The notes under the pieces: model-generated
Seen by the model: only the letters and a program-made list of their open reading frames with translations
The model's database searches: none
What the model was told of the DNA's origin: nothing
Shown: positions 30,615-39,237 of the stretch, one piece after another
Layout: each line of letters begins with the position of its first letter
Position numbering within the stretch: the first letter of the stretch is position 1
Assembly: GCA_963933835.1 (NCBI GenBank)
Contig: CAWVVV010000005.1
Location: forward strand, 32,001 to 96,000
Source: an uncultured Puniceicoccaceae bacterium
GTDB taxonomy: Bacteria > Verrucomicrobiota > Verrucomicrobiia > Opitutales > Oceanipulchritudinaceae
Length of the DNA stretch: 64,000 nucleotides
Direction: 5' to 3'
Translations under genes and position numbers: made by a program

Positions 30615-31546
30615 CAGAGCACGTCCTTCCATTCCGCCCCGAGGAGGAGTGCTTCAGGCTCCAAGTGCACTCCCTCTTTCTCAAAGACTCGCTTCCTGAC
30701 TTGCCGCACCAACTCAATCACATCCGAGGCCGAGGCGCCGCCTTTGTTCACAATAAAATTTGCATGCGTCGGGGACACTTCAGCCCCGCCTACACTCATT
30801 CCCTTGAGTCCAGCAGCGTCAACCAGCTGTCCCGCATGGTGCGGTTCTGGGTTCTTAAAAATGCAGCCTGCACTTGGCTCACGAGGCTGAGACTCTTTAC
30901 GCTTTAGTGCGTAGGCGCTCATATTACCTCTAATAGCATCCGTCTGGCTCTCCAACCCACCTACTAAACGTGCCTCAATCACTATCCGAGTGCTCAACTC
31001 AGGGCATGATCGGTAACTGGAATGAAAGAATGATACTGGATGCTCAACGACTGTATCATCATCCTCGATACAGGTGACCGATTCAATAAGATCAAAAACC
31101 CAGCCGCCCATCGCTCCGGCATTCATTCGCAAGGACCCACCAAGCGCTCCGGGAATGCCTTCGATGAATTCAAATCCCGACAGGCCAGCCTTAGCCGCCT
31201 CCGCACAAATTTTCTTCAAGCGAGTCCCTGCCGATGCGATCAGACAGTTACCGTCACGACTCACTTTCTGCCAAGCATCTCCTGTCAAACGGATCACTAG
31301 GCCCGGATAGCCAGCATCCATCACGATCAAGTTCGAACCACGTCCTAAGTAGAAGATAGGCACACTCGCGTTGCGGGCCTCGCGCCTGAGTCTAATCAAA
31401 TCTGCTACGGAGGCTGGCTCAGCATAGTAGCGGGCAACCCCGCCTACGCGCATCGTCGTTTTCGGAGCGAGGGGCTCATTTTCGCTAAGTAGTGAAGCAT
31501 CCGCACTAAATTCTTTGGCTGTTTGCCACCACTCCGAAGTAACCAT
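30614..31546 (-). CDS. murB: UDP-N-acetylmuramate dehydrogenase MurB
   Basis: TTMRVGG, LGRGSNL, GIPGALGG, MNAGA, SAGCIFKNP and HANFIVN. ATG 31544-31546 is coupled to the murG stop (TGATG). Confidence 0.95.
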   Translation of the reverse strand: MVTSEWWQTAKEFSADASLLSENEPLAPKTTMRVGGVARYYAEPASVADLIRLRREARNASVPIFYLGRGSNLIVMDAGYPGLVIRLTGDAWQKVSRDGNCLIASAGTRLKKICAEAAKAGLSGFEFIEGIPGALGGSLRMNAGAMGGWVFDLIESVTCIEDDDTVVEHPVSFFHSSYRSCPELSTRIVIEARLVGGLESQTDAIRGNMSAYALKRKESQPREPSAGCIFKNPEPHHAGQLVDAAGLKGMSVGGAEVSPTHANFIVNKGGASASDVIELVRQVRKRVFEKEGVHLEPEALLLGAEWKDVL

Positions 31547-32691
31547 CACGCCAGCACCTTTCCTTCGAAGGAAGCAGATCGGCCACTGAATGTTTCGACC
31601 CATTCGACCAAACTCAGAGCCATCGCTTCGGCTGCATCATCTTTCGAGAGGCGTTCGAGAGTCGCTCGCATCGTGTCGAGTCTATCCTGCTCTGACAGCA
31701 GAACATACAATTTCTTGAGTAACTGCTCCTCGAGGACGTCTTGATCCATCACTACACAGCCGCCTTGTTCCTCCAAGCGCCTTGCGTTCGCTTCCTGATG
31801 TTTATCGGCCGCGTAGGGATAAGGCACTAAAATCGATGGTACCGCGCATGCTATGAGTTCTGCGATCGCACCGGCACCGGCGCGCGAAATGACAACGTCC
31901 GCAACCGTAAGCAATGAGCTCATATCATCGACGAAAGGGAGAAAAATCGCTTTCATCTTTTCTCCGCTCACGGTGGTGAGTTCGACCGAGCTGTGCGTGC
32001 CCTTAGTGGGGCCGGACACAGCGATAACATTAAACCCTTCTCGTGAAAATATCTGGTAGTGACTGTCTACCCATTGATTCAAAGCCATCGCACCTTGGCT
32101 ACCGCCCAGGATGACGAGGGTCTTCGCGTCATTCGTCAGGCCCCACCGAGTCCGAGCGAGCCTTGATTCCAATGGCCTTATTTCTAATCGCAATGGATAT
32201 CCTATCGTGACCAATTTCGATGCATTGAGACCCTTCGTCCGCACCCCTTCTGGCGCGTAGACGCGATGAGAGATCCGGCTCAGAACACGGACAGCCTTAC
32301 CAGCATATTGGTTCGCTTCATGCAATGCCACCGGTAGCCCCATTAAACGGCTCCAGAGGACAAACGTCGGGGAAAGAAAACCGCCAAAAACAACCGTAAC
32401 ATCCGGTTGAAAAGTCTTCATGATCTCGCGTGAGCGAATGAGCGCTCTAACCGTGGACCGAACGAATCGCCACAGCCCTTGGCGAGAGAACGCTAGTGGG
32501 GCACCTGGGGCCGTAACAAAGTCGAGGTGCGTGTATTTCTTACTTAACCGACCATCTATTGTTTTCTCACTCACCACCAGTTGGCAGGAGTGTCCGAGTC
32601 GGATGAGTCGTTCAGCGAGGGCGATTCCTGGTGCGAGATGACCACCAGTGCCACCGCAAACGAGAAGAAATCTTCGCCCCTGCGTGGTCAT
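31546..32691 (-). CDS. murG: MurG glycosyltransferase
   Basis: GGTGGH, HEAN, GGSQGA, SRAGA and HQEANA. Confidence 0.95.
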   Translation of the reverse strand: MTTQGRRFLLVCGGTGGHLAPGIALAERLIRLGHSCQLVVSEKTIDGRLSKKYTHLDFVTAPGAPLAFSRQGLWRFVRSTVRALIRSREIMKTFQPDVTVVFGGFLSPTFVLWSRLMGLPVALHEANQYAGKAVRVLSRISHRVYAPEGVRTKGLNASKLVTIGYPLRLEIRPLESRLARTRWGLTNDAKTLVILGGSQGAMALNQWVDSHYQIFSREGFNVIAVSGPTKGTHSSVELTTVSGEKMKAIFLPFVDDMSSLLTVADVVISRAGAGAIAELIACAVPSILVPYPYAADKHQEANARRLEEQGGCVVMDQDVLEEQLLKKLYVLLSEQDRLDTMRATLERLSKDDAAEAMALSLVEWVETFSGRSASFEGKVLA

Positions 32692-33842
32692 CGAGTGATT
32701 TCGCCAGCCTCCATTGCAAGGTCCTTATTCCACTCTGAAATCAAATTCAGAATGAGGCCAACAAGGACACCCATTGCTACGAGATTCGATCCACCATAGC
32801 TGACGAAGGGAAGTGACATTCCTTTCGTTGGTAGTAGACCTGTAACGACACCTACATTTATCAGTGCCTGTAGAACAATAAAGAGAAGTGCCCCCGAAGC
32901 CAAAAGGAAGTCAAACATCTGCGGCGCCTTCCGAAGCTGTAATAGGACAATTACAAAGAAGGCCATAAAGGCCAACACCGTGAGGGCGGTAAAGATGAGC
33001 CCGAGCTCTTCACCTACGACAGCAAAGATAAAATCTGTATGCGCCTCAGGCAGAAAACTCAATGGCTGCCGACTGTTACCCAAGCCAACTCCCATCGGGC
33101 CCCCAGTGGCAAATCCGAGTAAGGCCTGCCATAGCTGATAGCCTCCGGTCTGCCGTGTTCCTTCGAGATCGAGAAATGAAGTGATGCGGGCGAGCCGAAT
33201 AGGATCGCGCAATACAAGTAGGGAGAAGAGCGCAATCGCCGCAAAGAGCGATGGAATGAGAAACTTCAACCGGCAGCCCGCGAGAAAAAGCAAGATACCA
33301 CCGACCACACCAAAGAGTGCCGCTGTTCCAAAATCCGGCTGAAGAAAGAGCAATCCACAAACCAGCCCGATCATCCCAATGGGAAAGAGAAATCCCTTAA
33401 AGAAGCTCCCGAGAACGCGTTGCTGAGAGGCCAGATAGTGTGCGAAGAAAAATAGAAATCCCAGTTTAGCAAAATCAGAGACCTGCATATTCATCGGCCC
33501 GAGATCAATCCAGCGTCGCGCACCATTGATCTTCAGCCCCACCCCTGGAACGAGGACGAGGGCGAGAATACCTACCGAGGCCAATCCGATGATCCACGAT
33601 GCCGAGCGTAACTTTTCTAAACGAAGACACGTCGTAATCCAAAGTGCGACACTTGCAATCGCCGTCCACAGCACCTGTTTACGGAGAAACTCAGTTCCCT
33701 CGATATGATGCGCCCGGCCGATGCTGAAGAGCATCATAAATCCCAAAATGCACAATCCACCTACGATCAGGAGAAGTAGCGTCGGAGTCATGCGGCTACG
33801 CCATCCGATTACAGACTCAACTGTGGCTACTGACTGGGGCAT
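32688..33842 (-). CDS. ftsW: FtsW (SEDS family)
   Basis: NGARRW, QPDFGT, LPEAHTDFIF and PTKGMSLPFVSYGGS. Confidence 0.95.
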   Translation of the reverse strand: MPQSVATVESVIGWRSRMTPTLLLLIVGGLCILGFMMLFSIGRAHHIEGTEFLRKQVLWTAIASVALWITTCLRLEKLRSASWIIGLASVGILALVLVPGVGLKINGARRWIDLGPMNMQVSDFAKLGFLFFFAHYLASQQRVLGSFFKGFLFPIGMIGLVCGLLFLQPDFGTAALFGVVGGILLFLAGCRLKFLIPSLFAAIALFSLLVLRDPIRLARITSFLDLEGTRQTGGYQLWQALLGFATGGPMGVGLGNSRQPLSFLPEAHTDFIFAVVGEELGLIFTALTVLAFMAFFVIVLLQLRKAPQMFDFLLASGALLFIVLQALINVGVVTGLLPTKGMSLPFVSYGGSNLVAMGVLVGLILNLISEWNKDLAMEAGEITR

Positions 33843-33867
33843 TGTCCGGTATTATGGGTACAAAAAA

Positions 33868-34968
33868 CTATTCGATTGGCTCAACGACTTCGCTGTCGCT
33901 AATCGGCAACTCGTTCAAACGGGCTTCGAGTTCTTCGGGATCAATTTGATTTGGTTGAATCTCAACTGGTCGCGATGGAGCAACGTAAACGGGTGTCGAA
34001 GTTACTGGTGCCGGACGTGATTCGACGGGAGGAACAATCGTGCGTCGCGAAGCCGGGGCAGACGTAACGGTATTCGCCTTCAATCCCGGAATGACCAACT
34101 CTTGCCCAACGAATAGTCGGGTCGGATCAGTAATATCATTGGCCTCCATGATGCGGCGGAAGTTCACTCCGTGCTTCGCACCGATCGCGCTCAAGGTATC
34201 GCCGGGGGCAACAACATAGGTTGCTCCGTCGACACGACGTGGAGGAGCCGACCTCACGGGTGCTGATGAAGTGCTCGAACCGACACTCGGGATGATCAAC
34301 GATTGACCGACAAGAATACGGTCTGAGGTCAGGCCGTTTGCAGAACGAATTTTCCCGACACTCGACGCTGTGCGTTGAGCAATCCTGGTCAGGTTGTCAC
34401 CCTTCTGAACAACATAGGTGTCGCTGTTTGATGTCGAACGTGCCGTCGAAGGCGCGCTTGTTGCTGTCGTAGCAGGAACCTGGAGTTCTTGACCCACATA
34501 AATGCGATCACTGCTCAAATTATTCGCAGAACGGAGATTCTGAACTGAGACCCCGTATATTCTAGCGATGGAGCTGAGCGTATCGCCTTTTCCAATAACA
34601 TACGTTTCGAGGGGCACGTCTTCGGCGGCTACTGATTGAGATTTAATGAGTGGCTGCAGAACAGGCTCATCGCTCTCGATTGCTAAACCGCCGTTAAAAG
34701 CTGAAGGCAGATCGCTCGACGTGCTCGATCCAACAGGACGCATCGGCGACTGACGGCTCGTAACCGGAGCGGATTCGACAACCGGATGATTGACAGTTCG
34801 CACTGTAGTCGTCGCTTGCGCCGCCGCCGTCTCTGCTCCGTTTGGAGCCGGTGGTGTTGGGCGGGTTTGACAACCTGGCTGGGCCAGAAATAATACAATC
34901 AGTCCAACGTGGAGCGCTACAACTGGCAAGAAAACGGGGAGTAATTTCATGAGTCTATCTTTCAGCAT
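33868..34968 (-). CDS. Membrane-anchored protein with three LysM domains
   Basis: Three repeats (YVIGKGDTLSSIA, YVVQKGDNLTRIA, YVVAPGDTLSAIG); the N-terminal hydrophobic segment ends in QPGC. Confidence 0.9.
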   Translation of the reverse strand: MLKDRLMKLLPVFLPVVALHVGLIVLFLAQPGCQTRPTPPAPNGAETAAAQATTTVRTVNHPVVESAPVTSRQSPMRPVGSSTSSDLPSAFNGGLAIESDEPVLQPLIKSQSVAAEDVPLETYVIGKGDTLSSIARIYGVSVQNLRSANNLSSDRIYVGQELQVPATTATSAPSTARSTSNSDTYVVQKGDNLTRIAQRTASSVGKIRSANGLTSDRILVGQSLIIPSVGSSTSSAPVRSAPPRRVDGATYVVAPGDTLSAIGAKHGVNFRRIMEANDITDPTRLFVGQELVIPGLKANTVTSAPASRRTIVPPVESRPAPVTSTPVYVAPSRPVEIQPNQIDPEELEARLNELPISDSEVVEPIE

Positions 34969-35018
34969 GGAATGCTAGAGGGTGAATACAAAGCCTTCAA
35001 TCGAAAATAAGGATTAGT

Positions 35019-36119
35019 TTACCTAAGTTTTAAAGTAGCCAATCCAGCTACTGCGCAAATCAAGGAGAGGATCCAAAAGCGGATAACGACTTGGGTTTCA
35101 GCCCATCCCTTAAGCTCAAAATGATGATGAATCGGAGCCATTTTAAAGATCCGCTTCTTCCTCAGTTTGTATGAGCCGACTTGCAGAATAACGGATACAG
35201 CCTCGAAGACAAAAACACCTCCGATAATGACCAGTGTGACCGGCTGCAAAGTGAGGAATGCAATTGTCCCGACGAGCCCACCGAGCGCGAGTGATCCGGT
35301 ATCACCCATGAAAATCTGCGCGGGATGAGCGTTATACCAAAGAAAAGCGAGACTCGCGCTGCACAAGACTGCGCAGACAATCGTCAATTCACCAGAGCCT
35401 GGCATGTAGGGGATGAACAAATACCCAGCAATCTCGGTGTGACCTGCGGCGTATGCGATGATACCATATGCCATCGCTACGGTCAGCGTGCAACCGATCG
35501 CCAACCCATCGACCCCGTCAGTCAAATTGATCGCATTGCTTGATCCTGCGAGGATAAGAAAATAGAAGACAAAGAGAATCGGGAGCGGCATCGCCAGACA
35601 GACAGGGTCTTTGAAGAACGGAAGCCAAAGACTTTGAATCAACTCTCCTAATATCGGATGCTGCAAAAAGACAATGAGGCCAACCAGTGTGATAACAGCC
35701 TGCGCGAGGAGCTTATAGCGTCCTTTCAATCCATCGCTTTTTTTTGATCTAACTTTGGAGTAATCGTCTAAAAAGCCTACTACCGTCAGGCCTGCGTATA
35801 CGAACATACTCCCAAGAACAAAGACATTCCAGCGAGCCCAGAGCAGCGTCGATACAAGCACGGAAATGAATATGATCAGCCCACCCATTGTTGGTGTGCC
35901 TACTTTCTTTCCATGGAGTTCTGCCAAGCGACCAACTTCTTGGGCGTCCCTGAACGCTTGCCTAGCCTTGAACCGTGTCAGCAGTTCTATGATAAGTGGC
36001 GCTAGCCAAAGACCAAAAATCAAAGCCGTTGCGGCACCTCCAACACTTCTTACTGAAATGTATCGGAATAGGCGTAGGGGGCCAAATAACTCTTCAAATT
36101 CGGCGAGGTGACTTAGCAT
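35019..36119 (-). CDS. mraY: Phospho-N-acetylmuramoyl-pentapeptide transferase
   Basis: GTPTMGG, GFLDDY, NAINLTDGVDGL, FMGDTGS and MAPIHHHFE. Confidence 0.97.
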   Translation of the reverse strand: MLSHLAEFEELFGPLRLFRYISVRSVGGAATALIFGLWLAPLIIELLTRFKARQAFRDAQEVGRLAELHGKKVGTPTMGGLIIFISVLVSTLLWARWNVFVLGSMFVYAGLTVVGFLDDYSKVRSKKSDGLKGRYKLLAQAVITLVGLIVFLQHPILGELIQSLWLPFFKDPVCLAMPLPILFVFYFLILAGSSNAINLTDGVDGLAIGCTLTVAMAYGIIAYAAGHTEIAGYLFIPYMPGSGELTIVCAVLCSASLAFLWYNAHPAQIFMGDTGSLALGGLVGTIAFLTLQPVTLVIIGGVFVFEAVSVILQVGSYKLRKKRIFKMAPIHHHFELKGWAETQVVIRFWILSLICAVAGLATLKLR

Positions 36120-37648
36120 GCGACGGCCTCTCCCCCCATCGATGGCGAATTCTCAGGCAAGAGACTTTCTAGCGCATAGCTGCGGCTACCTTTCAGGAGG
36201 ATCGCTCCCTTGAAACTGTTCACTAATCCACTAGCATCATCGGCTTGATCATAACTGTTCAGCCGTTCGCTCGAGATGGAGTTTTCAAGCGCCCCGCGCT
36301 TGAAGGCCTCAGCTCCATGCCCGATAAAGATAGCCTGGTCGTCGGCGCTTAGGCTCAGGATTGAACCAATTTCATGATGTCCTGCATCAAATAAATCACC
36401 GAGCTCGTTCATCGTTCCAAGAACGTAGAGCTTCGGAAGACCACTCCACTGAGATTGAAAGAATTCGATCGTATCTTTCATCGAAGAGGGGTTCGCGTTG
36501 TAGCAATCAACGTAATACACTTGGTCCTCGTATTTAACCACCTCACCTCGCCCCGGCGAAGGTCGCCAAGTGCTCAAGCGCGCGGAGAGCTTTTCAGCTG
36601 AAATTCCAAGAATCCGGGCAACGACAATCGCCAGTGCCGCATTACTCGCCATCCCGTCACTCATCGGCGGGAGTTCGGATTTGAAAGAAGGCACGGCAGG
36701 GAGCTCGACGATAATCGTCCGCTGCTCCCTGCCGCACTTCTGCATTCTATCTCTGTCTGTCTCTCTAGTCTTTTTTACTCTATCTCTATCTCTATCTGTC
36801 TCTATGTTTATGTCTCTAGTCTCTATTTCTGTGTCTCTAGCACAAAAGTCTTCTTCGGTCTCAAGCGACGGCCATTTTCCCTCGACGCGAAACCGGTGTT
36901 GGAGCGCAAGATCATCATTTCCGTCGCAACGATCAATCTGAAGGACACTCGCCGTATTCAGCTGATTAAATACTTCAAAATCTTTGCAGTCTGCTGGAAA
37001 AACAACAACCCCGTCGGACGCAGTTGCCTCTAGTAACTTGCACTTTTCTTCCGCAATCCCTTCGACGCCACCTAGGCCTTCACTGTGGGCGGTGCCAAGC
37101 ATCGTGATGATTCCGTGAGTAGGCTTCAGAATGGAAACTATTGTATCCATTTTCCCTCGACGACTAATGCCCGCTTCAATGACGGCAAACCTATGGACAG
37201 CCTCGTCGATCCTTAAGATCGTCAGCGGAACGCCTAAAGTATTGTTCAGATTTGCTTCTGTCCACAAAGTGATATCTTCACCGAGGAGCCGACTGAGCAG
37301 GTCCTTTGTCGATGTCTTTCCGCAGCTTCCAGAAATTCCAATTACCGGAATTGTGAGCTCATTGCGGTATCCCGCGGCGCAGTCCTGCAGCCCCTTTTCA
37401 CTCGCCGCCACAACTAGCTGCGGCAGCTCATGATCAACGACATCTTCCACGATGGCGGCGACAGCTCCATTCTTCGCGGCATCGGAGAGGAAGAGGTGCC
37501 CATCTCGCTTATCCGTGCGAAGTGCAACGAAGCAATCGCCCTTCGAAATTTTGCGCGAATCAATCGCAAATCCTCGAACAGCTTCAAGAGGCAGACGATG
37601 CCATGCACCACCTGTCCACTTTGCTATATCCTCCGGATCAAAGATCAC
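36113..37648 (-). CDS. murF: UDP-MurNAc-tripeptide--D-Ala-D-Ala ligase MurF, with a low-complexity insert
   Basis: DSR, DGHLF, ISGSCGKTSTKD, NLNNTLGVP, DCYNANPSSM, LGTMNELG and KGSR. Confidence 0.93.
   Translation of the reverse strand: MIFDPEDIAKWTGGAWHRLPLEAVRGFAIDSRKISKGDCFVALRTDKRDGHLFLSDAAKNGAVAAIVEDVVDHELPQLVVAASEKGLQDCAAGYRNELTIPVIGISGSCGKTSTKDLLSRLLGEDITLWTEANLNNTLGVPLTILRIDEAVHRFAVIEAGISRRGKMDTIVSILKPTHGIITMLGTAHSEGLGGVEGIAEEKCKLLEATASDGVVVFPADCKDFEVFNQLNTASVLQIDRCDGNDDLALQHRFRVEGKWPSLETEEDFCARDTEIETRDINIETDRDRDRVKKTRETDRDRMQKCGREQRTIIVELPAVPSFKSELPPMSDGMASNAALAIVVARILGISAEKLSARLSTWRPSPGRGEVVKYEDQVYYVDCYNANPSSMKDTIEFFQSQWSGLPKLYVLGTMNELGDLFDAGHHEIGSILSLSADDQAIFIGHGAEAFKRGALENSISSERLNSYDQADDASGLVNSFKGAILLKGSRSYALESLLPENSPSMGGEAVAC
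36746..36840. repeat. In-frame degenerate hexamer array inside murF
   Basis: Pyrimidine-rich + strand run (tctatc/tctgtc/tctagt units) encoding RDTEIETRDINIETDRDRDRVKKTRETDRDR. Confidence 0.8.
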
Positions 37649-39237
37649 GCCTTACTCGCCTCCCCTTTTTGGCTCCGTCGAATGATTTCCCGCACGACTG
37701 AGCGATCATCGAAGGGAGTTACGCTGTCTGCAAATTCTTGATACGATTCGTGTCCTTTACCTGCGACTAAGACTATATCACCTTTTCGCGCCTCCTCTAT
37801 TGCCATTCCAATCGCAAGGCGACGATTCTCGATATACTGCATCGTATCCGAAGCAGGAGCTCCTAGCTGCATATCTTCAAAAATCTGACTTAGATCTTCC
37901 GATCGAGGATTGTCGGCAGTTGCAAATGCTAAGTCCGACAGTTTCTTGACCGACCGGCTAATTTTCGAGCGAATCGTTCGATCACGATCTCCACCACAGC
38001 CATAAACAACAATCAGCCGCCCCTTGGTTAGCTCACGTAACGTCGCGAGCCCAGACAGGTAGGACTCAGGCGTATGCATATAGTCAACAACCACTGGAAA
38101 ACTCTGGCCGCCAGAAATCGTCTCCATTCGGCCCCGAATCTGTCCCACCGTTTTAAGTCTACGAACCAATACCTCTCGCTCGACTCCAGCCGCAGCACCC
38201 AATGCCAATGCTGCCAAAATATTAGTAACATTGAAGCGGCCTACAAGTGGCGCCCGGATCTCAAATACTTCATCTGCCCACTGGAGGCTAAAACGAATGC
38301 CTTCGGAATCACATTCGGCAGAGGAAGCCCGCAGATCACAACCTTCGCTCTGTCCGATCTTCACAACGTCAACCTCAACTGGGATCTTCGCTACAAGTTC
38401 CTGTGAGAGGGCGTCATCCGCATTAATTACAGCTGTTTTCGGAAGCGATCCGTTCCTTCCATCAAAAATCCGCAGTGTTGTATCCAGATACTCGGCCATC
38501 GAGCCGTGATAATCGAGATGTTGTTCACCCAGATTCAGCAGTGCTATTGAGGAGAAATCGAGATCAGCTACACGCCCTTGATCGATGCCATGCGAACTGA
38601 CTTCTATGACACAATTTTCGCAGTCATTATCTCGCATCTGACCCAACATCGAATACAAATCGACAGGTTCTGGAGTTGTCCGGTAGGAAGGCAGGGTCCT
38701 TGAACCTAAATGGTAATGAATAGTGCCCAAAAGTCCGCACTTTTGATCCGGTGAAATGAGCTCGTGGAGTAGGCTTGTTACAACCGTCTTACCACTGGTC
38801 CCAGTCACACCGATCAAGCGCATCTTCAATTGCGGATGGTCGTGGAAACGTTGAGCTGCAACAGCCAATGCCCGCCTAACATTAAGGACACGAACAAGCT
38901 TAGCTTGTCGTGGGACCCAGTGATCTTTCTCACTCAATACCGCTACGGCCCCGCGGGTCACAGCTTCCTCAATATGATCGGCTCCATCGGTACGAAGCCC
39001 TGGCATGGCGATGAATAAGCACCCAGGCGTTGCTCGACGACTGTCGGTGCAAAGTGAGTTAATCACCACATCTCGATCGATCGATTCTTCGACAATCGAC
39101 TCGGTTTCTATAAGCTGACTGAGTCTAAAATCTGGTCTCTTAGAGCGCATGTTCCAGGAAAGTAATTGAGCGGTTAGTCCGGATTGAGCTAGGCGACTCG
39201 ACGAAGCTCTTGGTGATGTTTCAAGTAAGCAGCTCAC
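37645..39237 (-). CDS. murE: UDP-MurNAc-dipeptide--mDAP ligase MurE
   Basis: GVTGTSGKT, TTPE, EVSSH, HLDYH, GCGGDRD, DNPR (mDAP specificity) and AGKGHE. Start is 39237 (GTGA overlap) or 39150. Confidence 0.94.
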   Translation of the reverse strand: MSCLLETSPRASSSRLAQSGLTAQLLSWNMRSKRPDFRLSQLIETESIVEESIDRDVVINSLCTDSRRATPGCLFIAMPGLRTDGADHIEEAVTRGAVAVLSEKDHWVPRQAKLVRVLNVRRALAVAAQRFHDHPQLKMRLIGVTGTSGKTVVTSLLHELISPDQKCGLLGTIHYHLGSRTLPSYRTTPEPVDLYSMLGQMRDNDCENCVIEVSSHGIDQGRVADLDFSSIALLNLGEQHLDYHGSMAEYLDTTLRIFDGRNGSLPKTAVINADDALSQELVAKIPVEVDVVKIGQSEGCDLRASSAECDSEGIRFSLQWADEVFEIRAPLVGRFNVTNILAALALGAAAGVEREVLVRRLKTVGQIRGRMETISGGQSFPVVVDYMHTPESYLSGLATLRELTKGRLIVVYGCGGDRDRTIRSKISRSVKKLSDLAFATADNPRSEDLSQIFEDMQLGAPASDTMQYIENRRLAIGMAIEEARKGDIVLVAGKGHESYQEFADSVTPFDDRSVVREIIRRSQKGEASKA

